DNA from: the human T2T-CHM13v2.0 reference genome, Homo sapiens
DNA length: 64,000 nt
Assembly (NCBI RefSeq): GCF_009914755.1
Contig: NC_060927.1
Reading direction: 5' to 3' (one strand)
Under the pieces are notes generated by a model that did not search any database, was not told where the DNA came from, and saw nothing but the letters and a program-made list of their open reading frames with translations. Positions 13,947-27,449 of the stretch are shown here, one piece after another. The position numbers and the translations under genes were made by a program. How positions within the stretch are numbered: the first letter of the stretch is position 1; each line of letters starts with the position of its first letter.

Positions 13947-14125
13947 GAGGGTACAAGCTCTGAAGCTAGCTATGATCCTGGACAAATTTCTTACCTCTTT
14001 GTAACTCAGTTTTCTTATTTGTATCAAGAGGATGTTAACAGTATTCACTTTATGAGTTTGATATGAGGATTAAATAAATTGAGTATGATATAATTAAAAT
14101 AGCACTTGGATGATATGTGTTGTTG
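13947..14125 (+). mobile_element. MIR (its 5' end appears to lie at ~13287-13309)
   Basis: GCTCTGAAGCTAG...CTCAGTTTTCTTATTTGTA...GAGGATTAAATAA. Confidence 0.7.
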
Positions 14126-15494
14126 TTGATGTTATTATTGTTGTAAATGTTGTTACTATTATTATTTTGACAAAATGAAACTGCAAGTTCAATGAGTCTT
14201 AAGGAAATAAAATAAAAAATCAATCTACTACTGGTTCCTACAAAATCAGAGACAGATGTCCACGGTACGAGGCATCCAATAACATCAAAGAACCAGTTGA
14301 ATCATAGATAAGTGAAAACGTTTTATAAATAGATAAAAAGAACATTTAGATGAAAATAGCTTTTGAGGACAGATTATTTGATGAACTCTTTCCCAGTCAC
14401 TTGTAATTAACAAAATGAGTCAAATACTGCAAAGACAGTTTGAAGCAGAACATGGTTTTCGAACACCTTAATCTTACAATTAATCATCTCATCTCCTTAA
14501 ATCTATCTCATGAAATCTCTTTTTTAATCTTAAAGTTATTTTAATTATGAAATATTTCAAATGTACAGAAAAATGGAGAAAATACCTCCTCCCTTTTTTT
14601 CTCTATTACTCACCTATTAACATTTTGCTATATTGTCTTTAGGTTCGTTTCTATCTATATTATTCTCTGTCTCATAAATTCTGCCACCTAAAGAAATTCT
14701 GTCTTATTTTAGTGAGGCCGAATTTCTAAATACTCATAGAGATCTTCTTGATGCTCATTCCACTTTCTCAAGATTTTATGGTATCATTTTAATGATTCAG
14801 ATTGCATATCATAGTTGTTTTTCTTCCCCACCTAGCCAGAAGTTTTAATTGACAAGTCATACCTCAAGTCTTGTTTATAACCCTTTTACTTTTGAATTGT
14901 TAGAGCTGTGCACTCCTTTATTTGGGGAAGGGAGAAGCCTCCTATGGGGTGTAGTGGTAGTTGAATGTACTTCTGCCTTAAATATCTACACCTCACTTGA
15001 AAGCTAATACATGCTTTTTACCTCTGTGATAAACTCTGATATAATAATGTAAGGAAAAGAAATAATCACCTTTGGTCACTTAAAAGATAAAAAGAAATTT
15101 TTGTTGCTATGGATACTTGAGTCTTCCTGGCTTTTTCTCATCATTAAAACCCCAATACTGTAACATTCTAGTCTCAACTTCCCCTGTTACAATAATGAAT
15201 TAGTTAAAGATATAATTATTTCAAAGCTTCAAGGCAGGAAAATGCCATGGTTTCCGCAAATCATCACATATTTTATATAAAAGCTCCACAGCCAAAGTGA
15301 AAATATTAACTGTGGAATCAATAATCGCAAATATGCTTAGGGCTGCCTTGAAGATAAACACAAAGCATTTGCTAATGTATCCTTTTGAAAGTTAGACCTC
15401 CTCTAAAGTATATGAGCTTTTTACAGTGGAAGAAAAGGGATATGTATTCACAGGTTGAGTCAATGGAATTCTGTGTGAATTATGAGCACATATA

Positions 15495-15600
15495 CTTCAT
15501 TTATTCATTCAACAAATATTTATCAAACAGTTATTGTATGTCAGGTACTGTTCGAGGTGCTAGGACTATACTGGTGAATGAAATAGAAAAAAAAAGGGGA
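15495..15600 (-). mobile_element. L2 3' end
   Basis: CATTCAACAAATATTTATCAAAC...TATGTCAGGTACTGTTCGAGGTGCTAGG. Confidence 0.8.
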
Positions 15601-16045
15601 GATTGCTAATTAATATATTAGATATTTATACATTTTTCCTCTAACTATCTTCACCTGTATCAAAGAGTTATGAGTCAGGCAAAGAGTTGGATTTAACCAG
15701 AGTAAGGATTTTGCCGAGTGAGTACAAAGATGAGAAGTCAAGGTAAGAAAGTTGAGGGTGTACTCAAGGGAATACCATAGGCTTCACCATGAAATGGAAT
15801 CTTCTTAAGTGAGAAGTAAGTAAATAAGTGTGCGGTGGGGGGCTGGTGGGAGGAGGGGAATCGAATGCTAGAGAAGTATTTGGATCAATGGGTTGTAGGT
15901 CCCAGTGTAGTTGAAGGACCGAAGGACTAAGATGCTTGAATGGGTGCTTAGAATTTAGATTTTAGGATTGCTTTATTTGTTGTGACGAGGTCTAGCATTC
16001 AACTGTGGGAGTGAGTGGCTGAGGTAATATAGAGTTCATGACAAT

Positions 16046-16134
16046 TGGAGCACAGGAATTCAGAGAGCTACATGACAAGGATGTTGGAACTTGTCATGGA
16101 GCACAGGAATTCAGAGAGTTACATGACAAGGATG
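16046..16134 (+). repeat. 38-bp direct duplication with 13-bp spacer
   Basis: TGGAGCACAGGAATTCAGAGAG(C/T)TACATGACAAGGATG at 16046-16083 and 16097-16134. Confidence 0.95.
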
Positions 16135-16509
16135 ATGTTTAACCATTAAAGGATAGTGTTGGATAGAGTACCAATAAGATAGAAGCTAAAATCTTCCAAG
16201 ACTAAAGGGAAATAATATAGTCACTAAAGACTGCAACAAAGAAGTACAGGATTATCTAATATCTTATGTACAGGGAACTGAGATCCAAAATTTTGAACTG
16301 ACTTACCCAGGATTATATAACTGTAAATTATTAACTCAGCTGTACAACTTAACATAACTAATCTATCTCCACGCCAAGTGTTTTTCCCACTATATAATAC
16401 TATCAATCATGATAATTTCTGTGAATTCAACACTGAATGAGGATAAGAAATACGAGGAATTGGGAACTTTCTTTAGCTGTGTGTAGTAAGATGATGAATT
16501 AATTTTATT

Positions 16510-16935
16510 GCAGCCCAAATTTGAGGTACCTGTGAACACTACAGTGAAGAGGGTGACAATTAATTGCAGGTTATACATTCAAGTGGAGAGGTTTTGTAGG
16601 CATTTGGAGGTCACAGAGATCTCAGTTAAAGGTATAGCTTTGTGAACCATCAGTTTCTAATGATAGGTGAAGCAATCAATACAGATAAAATAAAAGAGGG
16701 AAAGAATGTAGGGAGAGAAAAGAAGGCTAGCAAAACATTGAGGAGCAAAATATAAAGAGTGAACAGAGGAAAAGGAATTCTGTAGGAAACAGAAAAGAGA
16801 GCCAAAGAGGTAGAATAACCAAGAATGTAAGGATTTCAAGTAATATTGAATGATCAGTGGTAACAGATGCCCCAAAGAAATTAAATGGAGGAAGGTATGG
16901 AAACAGTCCCTTGGGTCTAAGAAGGTCATGGGACT
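16510..16935 (-). mobile_element. L2 (L2c-like) fragment
   Basis: TTTGAGGTACCTGTG...GAGCCAAAGAGGTAGAATAACCAAGA...AAGAAGGTCATGG. Confidence 0.5.
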
Positions 16936-17548
16936 ATAGAGTTGAGTTACTGCTTAGTAACATAGATCATTGAACAATGAATAGTAAACATGAAGCCCTG
17001 GAATTTCAGAGATAAAGAGGAAGGCAAAAGAGATTATGCAGTTTTGACCACTGCAGTTCTGCTGGACTCATTGTCCACTAAGTCTATGGGAGAGCTCCAG
17101 TCCTTTCATCAGACAAGTGTCCCAACGATGTCAAAGGTTTTCACATGATGAATGACAGAAGCATTTTCCAGAACACTTCTCCAAAGATATTCCTTAAGAT
17201 AATGGTTCAGTGGTCAAATAATTTGGGAAACTAGTATTTAATTACTCTTTGAGGTTTACAGTTTATTTTAGTATATGCAAGCCTTAAGAAGTCCTACAGC
17301 AAAGAAACTAACTAAATTTTTATTAGCAAAATCTTTCCCAAGCTTATTGAGCGAAGAACCTTATTATTGTTGCTGTTATTATTATTAGCAAATTCCCTTT
17401 TAACATTCTAAGATTTATGTTCTGCAGAACACATTTGGGGAAATGCTGGTTTATATTATTAGGCCAGAAAACACCGGTAAAAAGAAAATACTTCCAGCCA
17501 TGAGGGTATACCTGGTCATAAATGTAGTAGGGGGTAAAAAATATGATT

Positions 17549-17807
17549 GGCCGGGCGCGGTGGCTCATGCCTGTAATTCCAGCACTTTGGGAGGCCGAGA
17601 TGGGCGGATCACGAGGTCAGGAGATCAAGACCATCCTAGCTAACACAGTGAACCCTGTCTCTACTAAAAATACAAAAAATTAGCCCGGTTTGGTGGCAGG
17701 CGCCTGTAGTCCCAGCTACTCGGGAGGCTGAGGCAGGAGAATGGCATGAACCTGGGAGGCGGAGCAGCCTGGGTGACAGAGCAAGATTCTGTCTCAAAAA
17801 AAAAAAA
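17549..17807 (+). mobile_element. AluY with ~33-bp right-arm deletion
   Basis: GGCCGGGCGCGGTGGCTCA start; GGAGGCGGAGC joined directly to AGCCTGGG. Confidence 0.95.
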
Positions 17808-17808
17808 C

Positions 17809-18004
17809 CATATATATATACACATATATATATGCATATATATGTGTATATATATATATACACATATATATGCATATATATGTGTATATATATATACATA
17901 TATATATGCATATATATGTGTATATATATATATACACATATATATGTGTATATATATATATACACATATATATGCATATATATATGTGTGTATATATATA
18001 TATA
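17809..18004. repeat. AT-rich alternating purine/pyrimidine minisatellite with palindromic units
   Basis: Units such as CACATATATATGCATATATATGTG (17861-17884) separated by (TA)n. Confidence 0.95.
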
Positions 18005-18862
18005 AAATTAAGGGAGCATGAAGCACTAGAGCAACCCCTAAATGTAGCATGATTGCTTCCTAATCATGCCCAAAAAGTAAACCTACTCCTATTTTCATTG
18101 ATTGCTACTATTATTATCACAATTTAAATTCTCAGTAAACCAGAGTTTTTGGTCCATAGGATTATAATACTTTAGTTATTAAGTCACCCCAAACCATTTT
18201 TTCTGTATATTAAATTTTCAATAATGATTGTGTTGAAAACCTCATTAAAAGTGCCTTGATTTAAGTTCACAATAACAGACTGATCGATTCAGATGAAAGA
18301 AAAATAAACCTCAACCTGCCTAGAATTTTGATCAGTTTTTTTTTTTTTTTTTTTTTTTTTTTGCCATCAGAGGGAAAGTATGCTATTTATCTGAGGCTGT
18401 CTGGGACTTTCTTTAGGATTTATAGATGGTCCCTGCTAAGTATATTAAAGGAAAATGACATCAGAATTATTTGTGACTGACATTCATAAATTTTAAGATT
18501 GGCAGTACTAACAAAGTAGCTAGTTAAGAACATTCTTGGTGATGACAAATTACGTTATTATTGAATTTAAACCGCCAAAGAGAGAAATGGCCTTAAAGCC
18601 AATAAAAAAAGAGATGTTTTTAAACATTTACCATTCAGTGGGTAATGAGATTAAGACTTATTTGAACAATGGAAATTAACCTATTACATAAGAAATTTTG
18701 TGATTTTTAAGGTTAAATTTATGATCGTACATTACTTTGTTACACACTACAGATTAAGTAGGTTTTTCTGAATGCTGTTATTATTCTCTTCTTACCAATG
18801 CGAACATTGGTAAGCACTGGTCAGTTTCAAGCAGAAGAAAAGCATCATCTGACTTGCATTTT

Positions 18863-19154
18863 CTTTTTTTTTTTTTTTTTTTGAGACGGAGTCTCACCCA
18901 GGCTGGACTGCAGTGGTGCAATCTTGGCTCACTGCAACTTCCGCCTCCCGGGTTCAAGCTATGCTTCAGCTTCAGCCTCCTGAGTAGCTGGCACTACAAA
19001 CATGCACCACCACACCTGGATAAGTTTTGTATTTTTAGTAGAGACAAGGTTTCACCATATTGGCCAGGCTGGTCTTGAACTCCTGACCTTGTGATCCACC
19101 CACCTTGGCCACCCAAAGTGCTGGGATTACAGGCGTGAGCCACCGTGCCTGGCC
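18863..19154 (-). mobile_element. AluS (Sg-like) with TSD
   Basis: TSD CTGA(C/T)TTGCATTTT at 18849-18862 and 19155-19168. Confidence 0.95.
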
Positions 19155-19300
19155 CTGATTTGCATTTTTAAGACCCTTCCAGGGCTGCATGAAGAATGAA
19201 CTGTAGGAAAACTTGCTAAAGCACACCAGCCCCGGGGCAGAGAGGATGCAGGTATGGACCAAGAAGTTAAGAGTGAAGGTGGTGAGAAGCGAACACATGC

Positions 19301-19327
19301 GGGGGGCGGGGGGCGGGGGGAGGGGGG
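19301..19327 (+). other. G-quadruplex-forming motif G6-C-G6-C-G6-A-G6
   Basis: Read directly from the sequence. Confidence 0.85.
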
Positions 19328-19559
19328 TATTTTGAAGGCACAGGTGAAAGCTATTGGATTTGATAGGGGGCCTGTGGGAAGAAGAGCCAGCAAGAATCAT
19401 GGCTCTGTGTGGGCCTGAGCATTTCAGTTAATTATGTGAGATGGAGAAGACTAGGATAAAAGCACATTTACACTAAATGTTAAAAAAAAAAAAAAAAAAC
19501 CTCATTAACACAATCAGAAGAGTCTCTAAAAATTCTTAAGGCTGTTTTTGTAAAGTTAG

Positions 19560-19893
<334 letters not shown>

Positions 19894-22800
19894 TAGAATT
19901 TCTATCTTAATTACAAAAATGCCTTTGCTGGAGTAACGGGTTGCAAAAATGTATATTTGGGTTGGAAGCTGCTATTTGCAAGCATTTTTATTACTTCAGG
20001 AACATAAGTGAGGACAAAAATAGTTCATAATAAGATATAGATTTATATATCTCTTTGTGTCCTTCTCAACAAACTGTCTAGGCTAAATTAGATAGTGTTT
20101 TCAGTAAATACAAGTTTACTTGTACTTTTTCCTTTCTTTTCTTCTTAAAATCTATTTTCTTCCATGGAAGCACAAGAAAAAAAACAAATCAGCAGCCAGA
20201 GAGTCTTATTTGCCTTTAAAAATAAAAGCAGCTATATTCATACTGAGTTATAGATGAGGAAGAATAACCTGCTAACCTTTCCTTTCACTGAAAACATAAC
20301 AAGAACAAATTATGGAAGCAGTGACTGGAGTTAGGCACAGAGTAAGAGTTTTTGGCAGTAAATCAGTCTTATAAACAAGTAGATGTTAGTCTAGAGACAC
20401 CTAGACTTTAGATTATAACAAAACATTTTTCTATAACAGGCTTATAAAGAAACAATAAACTTTTTTTTTTAATCTCCACAGGAAACTTTTCTTATAATTA
20501 CTATTACATAATAAGAGAAATGGGGAATAATTATATTTACCTAAAAATACCATCAAATGTTTTTCAGTAATACTGAACAGTTTCAAGACACTGAGGGCTG
20601 TTATATTTGTTGAAATAATCTGTAAGGTATTATATGAGGATTCCTTACTGTATAAGCAATTTTAAGCAAGGTTTTTTCATGGTATGCTTTGAATGCCCCT
20701 TCCATGGTTTGAGCCAGTAAATTGAAGTGTTTTGAGTTAACAGATGGACAGAACTATACTTTATGAAATTTTCCAGATCAACATCAATGTTTAATTTTTT
20801 TCTCAGTTTCATGAATTTTTGATATATGACTACCTCTCAGATCTGGACACAATAAAACAAAATTATCTAACTGTTCAGGGCTTATGTATTTAAAAACAAG
20901 TGAGCAGATCCTGTATGATCATACTTTTTGTCAAATTAATTGTATTTTAGTTGCTTTCAAGCTGTCTTTATGAGTGCAGCTGAATTGTGAAGTGTTCAAT
21001 TCTTTAAAGATTAAGAAATTGTGGAAAAACAGAATTGCAAGATTTTCCAGAATGACCACCTCAGGGACTGAAAAGATAAGGTCTAAAGTCTTTTCTCTAA
21101 ATTTACTGCAGGCAGTAAACATTGATTAGCTCACCTTTGCTTAGGTCAAAATGTGTAGTGTACAGATATTTTGAAGGGAGAGAATTATAAAAAAGAGAGA
21201 AACTAGTTTTTCACTATGACATGCTTCCAAAAACAAGAAATATTGCCACAAATGGTGATTTCTATTTTCCTATCTGCCTATTGAGTAGGTCAGTGTGGGA
21301 CCTTAAATTTATTTCATGATATGTGAATTTCAACTCTTACTAGACTTGCAGAGGGGATCTCAGCTCTAATAATGTATGAGTCCAAGAATAGCCATACCAA
21401 ATTTAATTAATACTCAAGAAAACATTCCCATTCATTACATTATAGGTATGATTTGTTACTTTATAACAATTTTGTGTTTATTGCCTCACTTTTATATCCA
21501 TTGCAAATGTATAATAACAAACTATTGGCTTAATTCACCATAAATTACTCAGTAGAAATCGAATGTAATTTGCTTATATAAGGGAGTTAAGCCAGTTAAA
21601 AATTGTCTTTACCTTTAGCAATCTTTAGTGTGATGTTAAAATGCTTAATTCATACATTGAATGCAACAAATTACAGTAAAAAGACCCCTTAGTTGTTCCT
21701 GTACGTTATCAGGTTATATGTATTAAATAACCAGAACTAGATCTGCAAAAGAGAACTGTCAAAATTCTAAAGACAAAAATTTGTGCTCATTTAATTTTTT
21801 TCAAAGTAAGGATAACTTTCTTCATGTCTGAAGAGCCAGGCAATCCATCTGGGAAGCTCTCCTGAGCAGGCTTGATGAAGTAATTTAGGTTGACCTTGTT
21901 TGGCAGGCAGTGCCGTCTGTTCTATGGTAGCACTACTTGGCTGAAAATGTGGGCCACAGGTGATTTTCTCCTCTTAAAATATAAACAAAGCATGACTTAT
22001 CTCTGTGTGCTTTGCAAACATCATATGCCGTGCATTATTTTGCTTACAACATGAACTTTTTGAGGACCTGAAGTGGAAAATTTGAAAACATGGTAATTAT
22101 TGCCAACTAAGGAACCCTGCCAAGCTTTAGAGGATACCAATGTTCCAGGCCAGGCAGAAGACACTGTACAAAAGTAAATCTTCAAGATAAAGTTCACAGA
22201 TAGTGGAGAGAAACATGAAGATGGGTTGAATAATAATCTAGTCCTGCTTTCCGGCATTAGAGAAAGGGACTTTGGCAGAAGAGAGCCCTGGGGATACACA
22301 CAAAAAAATCACCTGTGGGGATCTCTAAACATAATTTAGGGTGAGCCAATTCCTGATTATACTTCTAAGGAATATTTGTTCATAAAAGGTTTAACTTAAC
22401 TAAACTAATTGAGGGATGTGATGGAATTAGACTGGGAAGCTGTGAGCTGTCCTATCTTTGAGAGTTGCCAAGGCAACTCAGAAGGATTGAATTGGGTATC
22501 TATGGGGTAGGTTTTTAAAATGAGACCTGGAGGAGGGAGAGAAGGGGGAGGACCAGAAAGAACAAACAGCTGGTATTAAACAGTAGCTGGAGGCAAAAGA
22601 ACTGGTAGGCTCCCCTTATAAACAGAGCTGATTGGGCCCTGTTGCTCATGCTGAGCCTTTGGTATTTATACATGAGAGAAACTTAGCAAGTCGCTGGTTG
22701 GTCTTGTGTATATTCTGGACCACATAATATGCAAAAGCAGGGCTGCATATCCAGTGAGATAAGGCATTTGGACTCTATTTTATTATTATTGTTATTGTTG

Positions 22801-23550
22801 ATTGTACACGTCCCCATTTGTTTTCAACTATTTTCGATGTGTGTTCATGAGAATACTGAATTTGGAAGAGACAAAATGAGAATTCTAGAAGCTGATCCAC
22901 ATGTAAACCAAGCAAGGTGATAAAAGATAATTTGATAAATGTATTGTGGTTTACCTAGCCCCAAAAAGTTAAAACCAAAATGTTTTACTGTGACAGACTA
23001 AATCTTTAGCTTCTAAGAATTTTCTTTCTTCAAATTTGCACTGCCAAATACAAACATGCTTTACCAAAACTGCCATCTTCTCCCCGATACCCTCAGGGCC
23101 ATGGTGCTTTTTGTATGGGAGTTGTATATGTTGAGCATTTTTTTTCTGAAGTTTGAACCTAAGTCAATTAAAAACAAAGTTCACTTCTTTTAACATAGAA
23201 CATTATTTGTGATTATTTTAAAAATCCAATCAATTTTCTTCAGGCTTATTTTCAAAACAGCCTTTTAAAAGTGTGTATAAAATTTTAGTGAACTGCTGTC
23301 CAAGGATGCCTATTCATAGCTTTTATAAAATAATTAGATTTTAAACAGCTGGTCCTAAGAAGCACACAGTCAAACCCAGAAAAATTGATGCTGGACTTAA
23401 AATGTGGCCTTTTGGTCAACATCTCCCTGTTCTGAACTCACCTATACCAATTTGGTGATACATAATGCATGAATTCTTTTGAGAAGATACATCAACAGTA
23501 TCAGCGGATGAAATTTTGAGCTGAGTGAGCACTACTCATGCTCTCTCAAC

Positions 23551-24080
23551 CCAGCATTGTGCTGGTAATGTTAAACAACCAGCTCTGAAAAATGTGTGTG
23601 TGTGTGTAATACAGGTTTATTATACATTTTACTGATATACAAGATGCGAAGCATGCAATTTACAAATAATCAAATATTACAACATTCATTATTGTAAATT
23701 CCATATACCCAGTTGATTCTCATGGAATATCTCACCAATTTGAACCAAACTAATATCTGCAGCTAACCTATGATTATAATTGATGAATACGTAGGATCTA
23801 CATGAATATTAGTTAATTTTTTTGTTGGTGTTAATGAGGAAGATGAAAGTAGAACTTTAAAGGCACATTGGAACTCGATTTTATCAACAATGACATAAGC
23901 AACTTTGCTGAATCAGATGAGTTTTTAGATATTGGAAGAATTCCTCAGTTTTTTGGTAATATTTATAATGTAATGGCTGTAGACATGACATGCTCTTAAG
24001 TTTAATCTGCATTGTTATTTTCTGCAACACTTTCTTAAGACAATCAATAAAACTAAATCAAACCCTGATTTGTAGAAAAT
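23551..24080. mobile_element. MER63-like hAT-Blackjack DNA transposon
   Basis: CCAGCATTGTGCTGGTAATGTTAAACAACCAGCTCT terminus; AAATCAAACCCTGATTTGTAG internal motif. Confidence 0.65.
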
Positions 24081-24465
24081 AACTGATAGAGATGTGGATA
24101 AGAGAAACACTTGTGGTAGCTCCCTTTGAAGAACAGTCTTCCTAATTAGAAGGCTAGTGGGCCACGCCATAGACTACTTATTCTTGAATAAAAGGTTTGC
24201 AGCCTCAACTATTGCATAAGCCAAACGGTACATACATAATATTACACTGTATATGTTAAAGTATTTTAATGTGCATTATAGCTATTGTAACACTGCCCTT
24301 TGATATCACTAAGATTTATTGGTTGTCACGTGTCAACATGTCTGTAATTAATTACACACAAATAATGAGGTATAAAGTCTCAGTATATAAAAAGTGAAGC
24401 CCTAGGGACCACACAGAGTAATACAAAAGTAGTATATACTTTCACACAAAAAATTAATAAGATAA

Positions 24466-24863
<398 letters not shown>

Positions 24864-24966
24864 AGTTAAGCATTCTTTGTAGTTGGAATGTATCCTTTAA
24901 ATTTTTCTGCACACATAATTATTTTAATGAGATTGTATTATAATATGCTTTACTTATTTTTAATAA

Positions 24967-25284
<318 letters not shown>

Positions 25285-27299
25285 CTATTTTTTATTCTTA
25301 AAAGGATACGTTTATAAATATAATTCTGCAACATTTTTTTCTATACTTAATATATTCTTCTTGGTCAGTACATATCGCTCTACTTCATATTTTGTAAGAG
25401 TGGCAAAGCATTCTCTAGCAATAATTTACCACACATTGTAATCATTCCCATACTAAGAGAAGTTTAGAGTTTTTTCAAGTTTTTCACCGTTTCATATGCT
25501 TTTTTATTTTTCAATGAAAATAGCAGTAAATATCCTTGCACATATATCTTTGTACAGCATATGAATTTCTATAGGAGATAGAATCCTAGAAACAAAATTT
25601 GCAGGCTTCTTCAATCATTGATCACATATTCATTTATTTTGCAATTATTGAAATCATTCTGGCTTTAATTCTAGTTCTGTATACAAATATTTGCCAATAC
25701 ACCATCCCCACCTAGTTACCAAATAAACTTCAAGGGTTCTCCATCTTTTGAGGTCATAGAGTTCTGCATTATTTTGCTGTTGAATATTCTGTGGTTCAAA
25801 AGTTTTTGTTCTGGAATTAACATTTGCTACAAATGCTTTTATTAAAGAATTATCTGACTATTCATTTTAAAAAAACAAGTTATTTTATTTATCACATTTA
25901 TTGTTAACAAATGAGAGTGGATGGAATTCTTATGTTTTGGGTCTATTAACACAACTTCAGAATGAGATTGTCAATGTCTCACTTATTTGGGTAAAAGAGT
26001 ATATGTCCTTAAGGTACACTTGCTATTAAAGTGAGACAAACATTTAAAATTGTTCAAGTAGCAGAGATTGTTGTCCACAGGTTAGAATCTGTAAAAATGA
26101 CTAGCTGAGCTATGATAGGTATACTATTCTGGTGGCAACTTTCAGAGCTGTAACACAATAGGTGATTATTAAGCCATTCAAAATCGAAGCTACTGCTGGA
26201 ATCTGGGACAGGCAGATTCTTGAGTCAAGCGAATTTTAAAAGGTCTAAATGCATGGAGGTCTTGTCAGTTTGCTCTTAAAAAACATTTGTATCACATATA
26301 TAATATACTTCTTTCTGTTAGGTCTATCAATGTTGTATCTGCAATTGAGCTAAGTGATTTGCAACATAAACTTGCTTCACGTATATTCATTGGTGTTATT
26401 CAATGAGCTTAATTATCTGTTTTAATTTGTTTTTATGCATTTGAGCCTTTCTTTTCTGCCATCTTGAAATACTCAGATTATTTAAATGCTCTTGTGTAGA
26501 AAATGCAATCTGTATTGGGTGAGCAAGGTGTGGTGTGTATGTGTGTGTGTGTATGTGTGTATGAAGCTATTGTGTATCTACTCAAATTGGTGACTTAAAA
26601 ATATGAAGATGTTATGATCTCTAAGAAAAAATAAAACCCTTAAGTACACTCTCTTGAGAAATGGGCTGGAGTGTGGGCACCCAGCACCGTACAGAATATT
26701 CACTGAGGAGAGAGCCTGATAAGGATAAACAGAAATAACTTAAAGAATTCTAGAAATAAAAATTCCAGGATCCTTCAATCACTGATCATTTGTTTTTTAT
26801 TTTGAAATCATCCTAGTTTTAATTCTTGGTAAAAATTTCTCAGGTTTTCATTAGAGGACAAAGCATTGGTTATAGAATCTGAATGGGGCCTTACCAACCT
26901 TATAAATTTTTTCTGTCACTTTTTGGCTTGAGAGGAACAGAGCTAAATTCATTAGCAGCTTCTCTTTCCACAGCTGGGTGAGCTCAAACTTCTGATCTGT
27001 AGGCCTTACACTGTATTGTCAGTACAGAAATTAAAGCAAATCACCTGGGCTCTCACTGAGCTAGAAAGTCTATAGATCCAAACAATGGGTTATCACAGAA
27101 TTATGATGTGGGAAGATCAGGGTAATTTTTCATCTTTACTGAAAAATCATCAGTATTTGATTTACAAGAGCAACAGTTTAGAAAAAGCAGTAAGACAGAA
27201 AGTTCCTGAAGTAAGTTTTCTTGCTGTTTAAAACACTTCATCCTTTGTGATAAAAATCATTTTGGTGTTTAATTTTAAGGACAATAGACTGGAGGTTTT

Positions 27300-27395
27300 A
27301 TAAAGACCATGAGAATATCTGCTTTGCTCCCAAGATCTCCAGGGAGGGCCTGGCACAAAGTAGGTGCAAGATAAATACTGCTGAATGAATGAATG
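27300..27395 (+). mobile_element. L2 3' terminus
   Basis: GGGCCTGGCACAAAGTAGGTGC...TGAATGAATGAATG. Confidence 0.75.
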
Positions 27396-27449
27396 GTGGA
27401 ATAACTAACTGCATTTTCCAGGCATAAAGCGTTGTAAAATTGTTTGTCA

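Larger units (their letters stand above)
18805..19460 (-). mobile_element. L2a fragment split by Alu
   Basis: AAGCACTGG...TTTCAAGCAG...ATCTGACTTGCATTTT|Alu|...GGTGGTGAGAAG...GAGATGGAGAAGACT. Confidence 0.6.

Noticed and set aside
17636-18052. Tyr/Ile/His-rich ORFs
   Set aside because: Translations of the TA-rich minisatellite and the adjacent Alu.
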